This document shows positions 1 to 9,344 of a DNA stretch of 64,000 nt, in pieces; within the stretch, counting starts at the first letter, position 1; every line of letters begins with the position of its first letter. A program made the position numbers and the translations under genes. Under the pieces are notes generated by a model. It saw nothing but the letters and a program-made list of their open reading frames with translations. It made no database searches and had not been told where the DNA came from. Source of the DNA: Camelus dromedarius (Eukaryota); contig NC_087437.1 of assembly GCF_036321535.1 (NCBI RefSeq), positions 22,260,001-22,324,000 on the forward strand, read 5' to 3'.

Positions 1-29
1 CCGTAGGGAATAATTTGTAGTTCTTCTAA

Positions 30-230
30 CATCCCAGGCTGCTTCACATCCCTTTGTCTCTGCTCATGCTGTTCCCTTTGGCTGGAATACTTTTCCATAT
101 TCTAGTGACCCACCCCACCTCCTGCCCCACAGACCAGAGCCAATCTGCTTGCTTTGTCAAACCCTCTCATCTTTCAAGACCTCCCTCAAATGTAGCTTCC
201 TCCTTGAAGCTGTTCTTGACTACACTTTAA
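30..230 (+). mobile_element. L2 LINE 3' fragment
   Basis: catgctgttccctttggctggaatac...tcatctttcaagacctccctcaaatgtagcttcctcc resembles the L2 3' consensus. Confidence 0.65.
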
Positions 231-419
231 TTCCCTTCCTCCATCTTGAAGCCAGAGCCACTGTCAGAACTGACTGTACATGAATGTGATCTCATTGTAA
301 AAATGAAAATTAATGCAGATAAAACAAAAGGCTCTTCTGATTCAGCGCTCCTATTCCCACTCCCCTTTTGGTTATCAATCTGCTGTGCAATCATTCCAGG
401 CTGTTTTTTTTTTTTTTTT

Positions 420-1140
420 ACTAACAATTTATCTTGGAAATATTCCATGTTGAGTGCATGCATGTAAGTACATCTCTACACAGAGTACCATTGCTGCAGT
501 GAATTCCATAGTATGGGTATAATAGTTTAGTTAACTCTTCTTCTATTGGTGGATATTTCCTCCCCTAATATTTTGCAATAATGGTGTCACAATAAATATA
601 TTGTGTGCCTCCTTATGCATAAATGCCAAGTATTTCTCTTCTACAGAGATGCCTAAAAGTAGAAGTCTGGGTAGAAGCTATACATATTTGATTCTACATA
701 TTCTTGACATATTTTTGAATTCAGTAGTTCCTATTTTTATGAAGTCAAATTTATCATTTTTGTTTTTGATTTGTATCTTTCTCAGGAAGACCATCCATAT
801 GCCAGAGTTATTTATATATTCTATTTTATATTTTTGTTACCCTGTAATTTTATTTTTTACACTTAGCTGTTTGAGTTATTTAGAATTTAATTTTGTACAT
901 GTTCGAGGGTACTACCTAGTCTTCTTTCTTTTTCCAGATTGACTATTTATTGAGTAATAGTCTATTCAACCATGCCCTTAAGTTGAAATGACATTTTTTA
1001 TGAACCAAGTTTCTAAATATATTCATGAATCCGTTTCTGTCCTTAGTAGTAGATTTTCTTGATCTCTTTGTTTATTTCTGGGTCAATACTGTATTGTTTT
1101 GGTTACTATAGCTTTATCATATGTTTTGGTACCTTATAAG
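420..1140 (-). mobile_element. Old L1 (L1M/L1ME-like) fragment
   Basis: T-rich antisense L1 signature (attccatagtatgg..., gtcaatactgtattgttttggttactatagcttt). Confidence 0.6.
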
Positions 1141-1414
1141 GAATCAAATGTATTTTAGCTGTCTGTCTTCTACTAATGTTGACGGATGGGGTTGAGTCAT
1201 ACGTCTTTGAATTTTAAAAACCTTTTACATAGTGTGCATCCATGTGTGTTAAACTGATACAAATGAATAAATCAGAAGATTTCGGTGCTATTGATCGTGT
1301 ACTTTGCATTCTCAAGGTCTCAAAGATTGTGGTGAAAAATAACTTTTCCAGTCTTTACCTCCTTTTGTAGCTCAGTACCTCAATGGGTTATTTCGTAAGC
1401 TGCTTCTTACTATT

Positions 1415-2100
1415 ATTATTTTGAATAAGCAATGCATCCACAGTGTACAAAACCCCAAAAGGTGTAAAAGTGAGAAGCTGCGATACAGCGGAAGTACCTT
1501 CTGTTCCGGCCTCTTGGTCTCGGCTGCAGAAGCGAGATGACGAAGGGAACGTCGTCGTTGGGAAAGCGTCGGAGTGAGACGCACACTGTGGGCCGCCGAT
1601 TTGGCTGTAAGGCCCACCATCTTCAGAAGTCTACCTGTGGCAAATGCAGCCACCCTCCCAAGTGAACGAGGAAGTGTAACTGGAGCGCTGAAGCTGAAAG
1701 ATGGGAGTACCACCGGGACCGGGCAAATGAGGCGCCTAAGAACTGTACGCTGCAGACTCAGGCACGGATTCCGTGAGGGAAGGGCTCTCTGAGCCCAAGA
1801 GGGCAGCTGTTGTGGCATCCAGTTCATCTTAAAGATTTCAACGATTAGCTGCACAATAAATGTTCTGGCTTTGAAAACCAAAAAAAAAAAAAAAAAAAAA
1901 AAAAAGTGAGAAGTCTCTCCTCAGTTCTTCAGAAGCAGTCATACTACCAGTTTCTTCTTTAACATTCCAGGATGGCGGCACCCCATCTACTGTGCGCCTT
2001 GCTCTTTTTATTTGATGATAAATCTTGGAGATCATTCCATATCAGTCCATATGATGCTCTCTCAAGAGGGGGCTGTGCCATGTTTTATTTCACCAGGATG
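1415..2100 (-). mobile_element. L1ME-like 3' fragment split by the RPL37 retrocopy
   Basis: The flanks join across the TSD into contiguous L1ME-like sequence (catccacagtgtacaaaa...aaaagtgagaag|tctctcc...atcttggagatcattccatatcagt). Confidence 0.55.
1478..1905 (+). pseudogene. RPL37: Processed pseudogene of ribosomal protein L37 (eL37)
   Basis: ATG at 1537 gives [17 protein letters not shown]...[10 protein letters not shown]...; premature TGA at 1663-1665; two +1 frameshifts; ends ...PKRAAVVASSSS TAA at 1830-1832. AATAAA at 1855-1860, poly(A) at 1880-1905, intronless, 12-bp TSD aaaagtgagaag at 1466-1477 and 1902-1913. Confidence 0.97.
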
Positions 2101-2236
2101 ACAATTCAGTAGTTTTAATAAATACCCTTTATATGTATAAAATTCTCCAATATCTGGAAAAATTTTTCTGCCCATGAAACTGCCCATGAAACGTATTTGA
2201 ATGTTCAGCTTTGATTCATATCATTAAGTTATATTC

Positions 2237-2262
2237 CAGGAAGTTTCTAGAAACTTCCTGAA
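2237..2262. promoter_or_regulatory. Perfect heat-shock element (5 alternating nGAAn units) within a 24-bp palindrome
   Basis: GAAgtTTCtaGAAacTTCctGAA at 2240-2262; caggaagtttctagaaacttcctg (2237-2260) is its own reverse complement. Confidence 0.6.
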
Positions 2263-3489
2263 TGAAGACTGTGATGGAATTTGCTCAGACATGTGCTGAG
2301 GACCCAGGGGAACACTGCAAAGGGGCCAACTGGGACCCTGACAGTGAGAGGAACTGTGTATGTGTACATATGTGTGTGTGATGTCCACACAGTAAGAAGT
2401 TCAAGGAAGAACTGTAAGCCAATTAATGAGAGTCCTTTAAAGCTCTAATAATGAGTGCAAGCATTAGTGGTTTGAATAAAGCTCCTTTGCCTTTATTATT
2501 CATTAGGAACTGGCAGTAAATAATAGGTTTGAATTTCACAGTCCTGATGCTGCTAATAAAGCACAGAGCATTTCTTAAGATCATAAATTATTATCCTTCA
2601 CAACAGTAGCATCAAGGGAATTTGATTTTTATGAATTGCTAACTGGGACACTGGGTAGCCTCCATTTGGGTCTTGAGCTGATTCAAAGGGAAGGAATCTG
2701 TTTATTACATATGGAAGCTGGAACCTGCTCTCACACATTGGGTGGGACCCAATTTCCTTGAACTCACAATATCGTTCTTACCTGGAGTCAGCTGAGGTGA
2801 GCAGTCCAGCCCAGATCAAACAGTCATGCTCCATGTTGGTAGTGGGTCATGATATTCAACTGGAAAGAGATTTTTTTTTTTTTCCCAAGCAGGAAGAGGG
2901 CTTTGCCAGTGGGGCGTGAGGCTATTTGTGCTCTGTCCTCTTAGCGAGTTGGTTCCAGGTGTGGACGGGGTACCTTCCCCTCCCCTCCCCACCTCACCTG
3001 CATCTGGTGTGTAGTATCTCTCCCCTTCTCTCCACTTCTGCTCCCGCTGTCTGGGGAGACCATCTCTTTCCCTGGTGTGTCTTTCTCCACGCCAAGGGAA
3101 AGAAACAGAACACCGAGCTCTCATCCCTTCCTTTCATGTGATAAGGGCAGAAATAAGATGAATCTTCCTCTTCTGCCTTTTCTTCTTTCTACTCTACAGT
3201 CTCCTCCCTCATTTTTGAAGCTCTTCTGGATTTCTGGTCCCCTGCATTGTGAAAGAAGGGGATGCATCCCTCTGCCTGACCCAGCCTAGCCCAGCCCAGT
3301 GCGCTCTCTTCACTCGTCATGGACTCGGTGAGCAGCCCCTGCGGCTCTTCCTGGGTCAGAGGACCCCAGCATCTCCCTGATGTCACCTTTCGGTGTCTGC
3401 TTCTCCTGGCACTTTGAGAGTCAGGGCTTAGCACTGCCAGTTAGCATGGACAGAGAAGATGTCTAAATAAAGCACTGGCCAACACCATC

Positions 3490-4955
3490 TTACTGTATTA
3501 CAAAATTTTATTAGGATTAAGTCAAATTAGAAAACTTCATGCTTTGCCATTTGCCATATCTACCTGGAATGCCAAGTTATACTTAGCTGAGTACAAAACA
3601 GTTTGTGCCCCTGGATTTTACTGTTTGGAAAGCAAGAGAACCCGTGTGCATAGTGGCGTGCCTGACACCACCATGGTCTGTATTTAAAGCCTGACAACTG
3701 GTCAGCAAGCATATGTTACTTCCAAGCTTTGGGTCCCAGGAAGACGCCATTCTTGCCTCCCTCAGACGCAGACTCATCAAAGCCTGGGCACCCGTGAGTG
3801 GGGCCTGCTTTTTGGAGTCTAATATTACATCTGTATTTCAAGAGAAGCTGGGCTTGAGGTATCTTAATGGCTTAAAGGCACAGGTCATGCAGCTGAATTC
3901 AAAGCTATTGTGTTGGTCTCTCCTCCAAGGGCCAAGAGCCACACCGCATAAGGGGAGGTGGTCCTGATGCTGCGTCCTTGCCTCCTCCGTGTGGTCCCCA
4001 CACATCCTCAGCCCTGCTCTTCCCGGTCCTGCCCTGCACTGCTATTCAGCCGTGAAAGTTAGGATTGGAGGACAGGTCTCGGCTCCTGCCCGGGGGAGAG
4101 TGCCCTGTGCTATGGGATCTCATCACCTCGCAGCCCCCAGAGGCACCTGCCGCAGAGCCAGGAAGTGACTCAAATGCAAGGACAGGAAGGCTCATTATTC
4201 AGGTGAAACACGGTACTGGGAAGAGAACCCAGCTTTCCCTGGACGGGGTCCTAGCGAGGCGGAAAGTGGCACCGTGTTTAGAGCAGAGTGCACCCCAGCT
4301 GTAGCCAGCCCCTTCACTCAATGGGAAAAGCGGTGTGAAAAGGATGCGGAGGAGAACAGGAGGTCCCCACGAGCCAAGGGTTCTGTGAGGCGTCAACAGT
4401 GCTGTCGGGCACGTATCCGGGCTCTGCAAATAGCCCTACTTCGTTAAGAGCAAGTGGGAGCCTAGGTTCTAAAAATAGAAAACCTATCACTTTCTGAACA
4501 ACTGGGCATTCCCTTCAGTTTAGGAGCCACACGTTTAAGCTCAGAAACTCTTTTTCTTATTTTTAAACTCTCCCTAATGAAGGGAATAAAAATCCAAAAT
4601 CTGAGTGAAGGAGAGCTGCCCACAGACAAGAAACCCCCTGCAGACACAAGCACATCCGTCTCATCCTCCAGCAGCTAGACTCCTGGCGCCCCTGCCCCTC
4701 TCCGCTCCCCACCCCCAAGTTCATGAATAAAAATGGCGCTGTCAAAATCTTAAATTCAGTTGCATGATATAGAGGGCTGATAATAAATTCTCATTTCTTC
4801 AGGCACCAGAGGATACATGTGACAAGGTTTTGAATCTCTCCAATTTATGCCCTCAATACATCTTCCAGCCTTCCCTCTGCGCGGCCTCACCAGCGGCTCG
4901 TATCCCTCCGCGAGCCTCGCACGGCCTGCGATCACCTCGGCGCTGTTCATGCCCG
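3490..4955 (-). other. SLC9A9: SLC9A9 3' UTR (approximate end)
   Basis: Runs from the stop codon to AATAAA (3512-3507, minus), followed by GU-rich sequence (gatggtgttggcc). Confidence 0.7.
3507..3512 (-). terminator. Polyadenylation signal AATAAA of SLC9A9
   Basis: tttatt on plus at 3507-3512, with a GU/U-rich downstream element on the minus strand about 1.45 kb after the stop. Confidence 0.7.
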
Positions 4956-5183
4956 TTAGTTCAGCTGGGACTGACCCGGAGTTTGCTGGAGCTTAAGTTC
5001 ATAGCCTCCTAGGCCCAGGTCCCCCTCATAGATGTTCTCCTTGCTCGGAGTCTGGGGCGAAGCTTTCTGGTCCAGATCCAGCCTGGCGGGAGGACTGCAA
5101 GGTGAGGGGGCTTGTTCCTGGAAATTCATGGCCAGCTCGTCCTGATTTACGATGCATTCTCCATCATCCTCTTTTAGCTGCTC
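4956..5183 (-). CDS. SLC9A9: SLC9A9 (NHE9) last coding exon (exon 16 by human numbering), cytoplasmic C-terminus
   Basis: Acceptor ctctctctctctttccaaaatccag|GAG on the minus strand. 228 nt encode EQLKEDDGECIVNQDELAMNFQEQAPSPCSPPARLDLDQKASPQTPSKENIYEGDLGLGGYELKLQQTPGQSQLN*, recognised as the NHE9 C-terminus. Phase 0, in frame with the upstream exon. Confidence 0.95.
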   Translation of the reverse strand, partial: EQLKEDDGECIVNQDELAMNFQEQAPSPCSPPARLDLDQKASPQTPSKENIYEGDLGLGGYELKLQQTPGQSQLN

Positions 5184-6510
5184 CTGGATTTTGGAAAGAG
5201 AGAGAGAGGTCACTTCCTGATAAAGGCAGAAAACAATAGCAGTCCTACGGTGTACGAAAATAGGATGTTCGTTTTCCTTTTTTAACGGCCCGGTCTTTGC
5301 TGAAGTTTCTGCTAGTGCCTATGCCCCCTGCATGTCGTGGGCTTTTGAAGCGTTTCCCCGAGTCAGCACTGGGGACTCACATCATCACATGGCCATCAGG
5401 GTCTCCAGGCCTAGCCGGTGAGAGTTAGCCGTGCTAACTGAGCGCCTCTGTGGGTTAAGGGAGTTGAAATTAAACGCAGTGGATGCTTTGAATTGGTACC
5501 CAATCTGGGTGAGAGGAGTTAGGAGTCTGCAGAATCCTGTGACCTCATAGCACCGAATGGTTCTCAGTGTGGGCTTTGTAATCCTCCTGCCTATCACAAA
5601 ATTCTTAAAACACAGTTTCTCTTATATTTTCTTTGAAAAATAAGTCCTCACAGTCTGTTTCTCGGGATGAGGGTCACAAGGCTAAACATGGTTGGAAGTT
5701 ACCATAGTGGATGATGGTGGAAATGAACTAGGTCTGGCCAACAAGTTCTCCTCAGACAGAGCTTTCCTTGAAGAAGAGAATTAAAATCTCAACTCTTCTT
5801 CCACTTGTTTGGGGAAACCCAAACAAAATTACTTGTAGAATGGGCCCTGGTTAGGTGACCTCAGGTCAGTGTTTTCCAAGTTTAGCCTGTACTGGAGTCA
5901 CCTGGAGGGCTAGTTCAAGTACAGACGCTGGGCCCCTGAGACCGAATTTGCATTTCTATTAAGTTTCCAAGTGATGCTGCGGCTGCTGGTTTGGGGACAC
6001 ACTTTGATGACCACTGCTTCAGACTGTTGTGCCCTGAGCACATCAGAGACTTAAGAGGCCCTTTTTCTCTGTTTATATGAGGGGTCGACCAGCTGGACAA
6101 CCTCCAAAGGTGCCACAAACTCCAAGATTCTGCTCCTCTCCAATTCCTGGCACTCTGATTTACTGGTAATGAGTCTAATTGCTTCTCAGTGGTTTTTTTA
6201 TTCCACTCCCTTGAGCTACAAAGCACAGGCTTAATAGTCAAAACCTCAAAACACAGCAGTTTGTGAGGACACATGACTTCATTTATATTTTCAAAATCCA
6301 TTTTATGGCTAAAAATATTGGTCACCATAAAAAATCTGCATTCTTAAAAGAAGAATGAGCCCACATCAGCTACAACTGGAGAGAGAAGAGAAATGCTTCT
6401 TGGTGCAGTGAATTTTAACTCCTTCCTCCTCAAGCTGGGAAGTAACAGCCTCGAGGTTGCTGGGCTCATCAGTATTCACCAAGCCTGTCCCTCTCGGGAT
6501 AGTTACTCAC
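5184..6510 (-). other. SLC9A9: SLC9A9 last intron, 1327 nt, U2-type GT-AG
   Basis: Donor GGG|GTGAGT at 6510; pyrimidine tract plus CAG ending at 5184. Confidence 0.93.
5866..6020. mobile_element. MER5A-like hAT-Charlie DNA transposon relic
   Basis: cagtgttttccaag...tcacctggagggc...tgcatttctattaagtttccaagtgatgctg...acactttgatgaccactg. Confidence 0.7.
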
Positions 6511-6616
6511 CCCATAGGCCTGAGGACTGGTGAGCAGTCTGGAAATTGGGCCGCACCACTTAGGTAACGTTGTGGTCAATGGAGGACCAGAGTGGGTTAA
6601 AATCGGTTTCAGGTAT
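6511..6616 (-). CDS. SLC9A9: SLC9A9 penultimate coding exon (exon 15 by human numbering), 106 nt
   Basis: cag|A TAC CTG AAA CCG ATT TTA ... GCC TAT GGG|gtgagt encodes [39 protein letters not shown](I/L)[13 protein letters not shown] is the conserved NHE6/7/9 motif. Not in the ORF track. Joins in frame to 5183. Confidence 0.96.
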
Positions 6617-6627
6617 CTGCGAGGCCT

Positions 6628-6636
6628 GTTAAGGAA
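6628..6636 (-). promoter_or_regulatory. U12-type branch point sequence TTCCTTAAC
   Basis: Exact U12 branch consensus, 11 nt from the end of the 3' AG, no polypyrimidine tract. Confidence 0.9.
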
Positions 6637-8254
6637 TCCTTGCTGGAAGGAAGGTGGGGTTTAGTTTCTCACACAGCACTAACATTTGCATGCAGTGAAA
6701 GGAGACAGTCATTCTTACCTCGACATCCCTACTCCCCCTTGTAGGAGGTAATTTGGCCTGCAAAAATTACTATTTATAATCTTGGCTCCACACACTTTCC
6801 CAGCTCTCCTGGTAGCCTTTCATCATGGAGAAATGGAGCCTGGACTAGCCAGTATCAGAGAGATGTGGAAACGGTCCTCTTCCCTCCCCTTCTCCCACTC
6901 TGTCTCATCTGCTTAGAGAATGCATCCTTAAGCATTATCTTCAACAATAGCATAAAGGATTGTGTTTTCTTAAAACTGCACACACAGCTTAAACCACCAG
7001 TAATTTTCACCAAGAAGCAAGAGGCATTTCATAAAATGTTCAGTCATTCTCGAACTGGGTAGTGAACAGAGACTGCCAAAATACTTTATTTTCCCCATTC
7101 AACACAGTCGGTTTATACTTCATACCTCAGTGCATCCTGATACAAAATGTATGTCAATGAGCTGGTGCCCGGTTTATTCTATTGTCTGTCTTTCTCATCT
7201 CTTCATCCCAAAGTGCTCTACCAAGTTAAAAGAAAAACCTGTCCGTATAAAGCCATTATGTCTCCCTCCGATCTATCAATAATGAAATCCCTAGAGGCTG
7301 CCTCAGGTGGCCTTAGTCCTTTTCTTTTTTCCCTCAAAGAAAAGTAGTGAAATTATTTCACCGTTCCATCAGAACTAACTCTTAGGCTTTATATAATTTC
7401 CTCTGCTGGAGAATATTTCACCTCATCAACTTTCTGAAATGCTGTAATAAATAGGGAAAGGGGAAAAAAATGGAAAGAGGTTAATGTTGGCTTGTAGAGA
7501 TACAGTCACCCCCAGGCACTCAAGACAAGAGATTATCTTGGAGGTGGTGCTGCTGGAGCTGGTCCACATCTGGGCAGTGCCACTCCGTCATTCCTGGGAT
7601 GCCCTGAGTGTGTGGGTCAGAGGGCGGATGCAGCCCGCAGGAGCTGGGAGTCTGGTTGCCCCTGGATTCAAACCCACTCACCACCACAGTGGGGACAGAT
7701 TGGGAGAGGCTCCTGAACGTAGCCTAGTTATGATGAGAGGACAGCAACTGAAAAGATGTTTAAGAGGGTCTGTAATTCCAACTGCAAATGGAATACTTGA
7801 TAACTCCTTTCAGATGAGCAACTGTTGTGCTCAGTTAAGGACCGGGAAGATATTAAAGTTCAGAGCCTGGCATTCCCTGGAACACCTTGTAAGTATTTCT
7901 ACAACTCTGGAAAGCCCTTGATGATTTTCCATTAATTTTGATTACAGAGTGTTATTTCCTTCATTTGTTGGATAAAGGAATTGAGGCCTAGGGATATGAT
8001 GATTTTAAACAATCCAAAGTCTCCCTTTGCTATTTGAATCTACCTTCAGCATATCCCAGCGGAAGGTGATTTATCAGGGCAGAATCATGTGCTTGACCAG
8101 CTGGTCCTCTGGAGAGAGAAGCTTGCAGACCTCACCCTTGCTGGTGAGCTGCGGATCCTTTCAGCCCGGGGCACAGGAGGAGGACATGTGGTCTTTTTTT
8201 TTTTTTTAGTTCCCAAATCAACTGACTATTTTTTTTTTTTTTTTGCTTTTTAAA

Positions 8255-8440
8255 AAAATTTTTTTAAATTGAAGTATAGTCGGTTACAATGTGTCAATTT
8301 CTGGTGTTCAGCACAATTTCTGGTGTTCAGCACATATATTCGTTTTCATATTCTTTTTCATTAAAAGTTGCTACAAGATATTGAATATAGTTCCCTGTGC
8401 TATACGGAAGAAGTTTGTTCTTTATTTTATATATAGACAT
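8255..8440 (-). mobile_element. Young 5'-truncated L1 3' end (cetartiodactyl type)
   Basis: Poly-T then ttgaagtatagt...gatattgaatatagttccctgtgctatac, the reverse complement of the L1 tail at 50250-50400; internal 19-bp duplication at about 8296-8333. Confidence 0.8.
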
Positions 8441-8798
8441 GTAGTTGTCTTAGGGTTTATGGTGGGCATATCAGTTTTTTAGGGAGGTGAGGCAGACAAG
8501 ATACATGTACAACTGGAGTATAAATCAAAGAAAATCCTACAAACTTTATTTCTGGATAGAAAAGTGACAGCAAGTAAGCAACATGTTTAGAGACGTTGTA
8601 GAAACAAAAACAAAGGGGTTTGTCAGGGCGCTAAGAGTTAGAAAGGCCCTGGCAACTTTCCCGGCTTGAGGTTCTTAATACACTGAAATATCAAAATGCC
8701 AAAATAATACTACAAAAGTAAAACAAAAATTTAAAACTGTGTAATGAACATTTTCTTCTTTTAATCCTGATGTGGTATCTCTGTAACTCTGTGTGTAA

Positions 8799-9344
8799 TG
8801 TTGTCAGAGCTAACAGTGAATGACTGACTTTGTAACTTTTTGTGAATGTGAGGCCTGGACCAAGCCGGCTACCATTTGTCCTCCTCTGGACAGGCTCTGT
8901 GATTTCTGAACTCAGCCTGCAGCAGGAGATCCCAGGCCTCAGCCTACTTAAAAGGCTAAAAGCATTTATCAACCTGACTTTAAACTGTACAAGTTTTTCT
9001 CTAGAGCTGTTTCCCACAGAACACCTTCTTATGCATTCTTTGTTCTAGGTACAAGAATATTAAGAGTCCCAAAGCTGGAGGTGAACTTCATACCCAGAAG
9101 AGGGAAGGGGACCACTGCATCTGCAAAAGCAAGAACAACTTTGCAACAATTTGTTACTGTGTACATGATCTCTATGGAAACTAGCTCTGCCCCTTGAACT
9201 CTTAAACTTTCCCTATAAAACCCCCTGCCTTCTCTCCCCAGCAGAAATAAAGCTGCCTTTTTCTACTTCGTCCAAAACTCTGTCCTTGAGTCTCAATTCG
9301 GTAAGTGGGGTACAGAAGCTGTTTTTATTTTTGGTGTAGCAACA
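8799..9344 (+). mobile_element. Probable solo ERV LTR
   Basis: TG...CA termini (tgttg...gcaaca), TATAAAA at 9214-9220, AATAAA at 9246-9251, U5-like tail. The 5' boundary is uncertain. Confidence 0.6.

Noticed and set aside
1372..1881. 169-aa minus-strand ORF
   Set aside because: Antisense shadow of the GC-rich RPL37 pseudogene.
4580..4730. AATAAA hexamers near 4584 and 4725
   Set aside because: They are on the plus strand, antisense to SLC9A9, so they are not its poly(A) signals.
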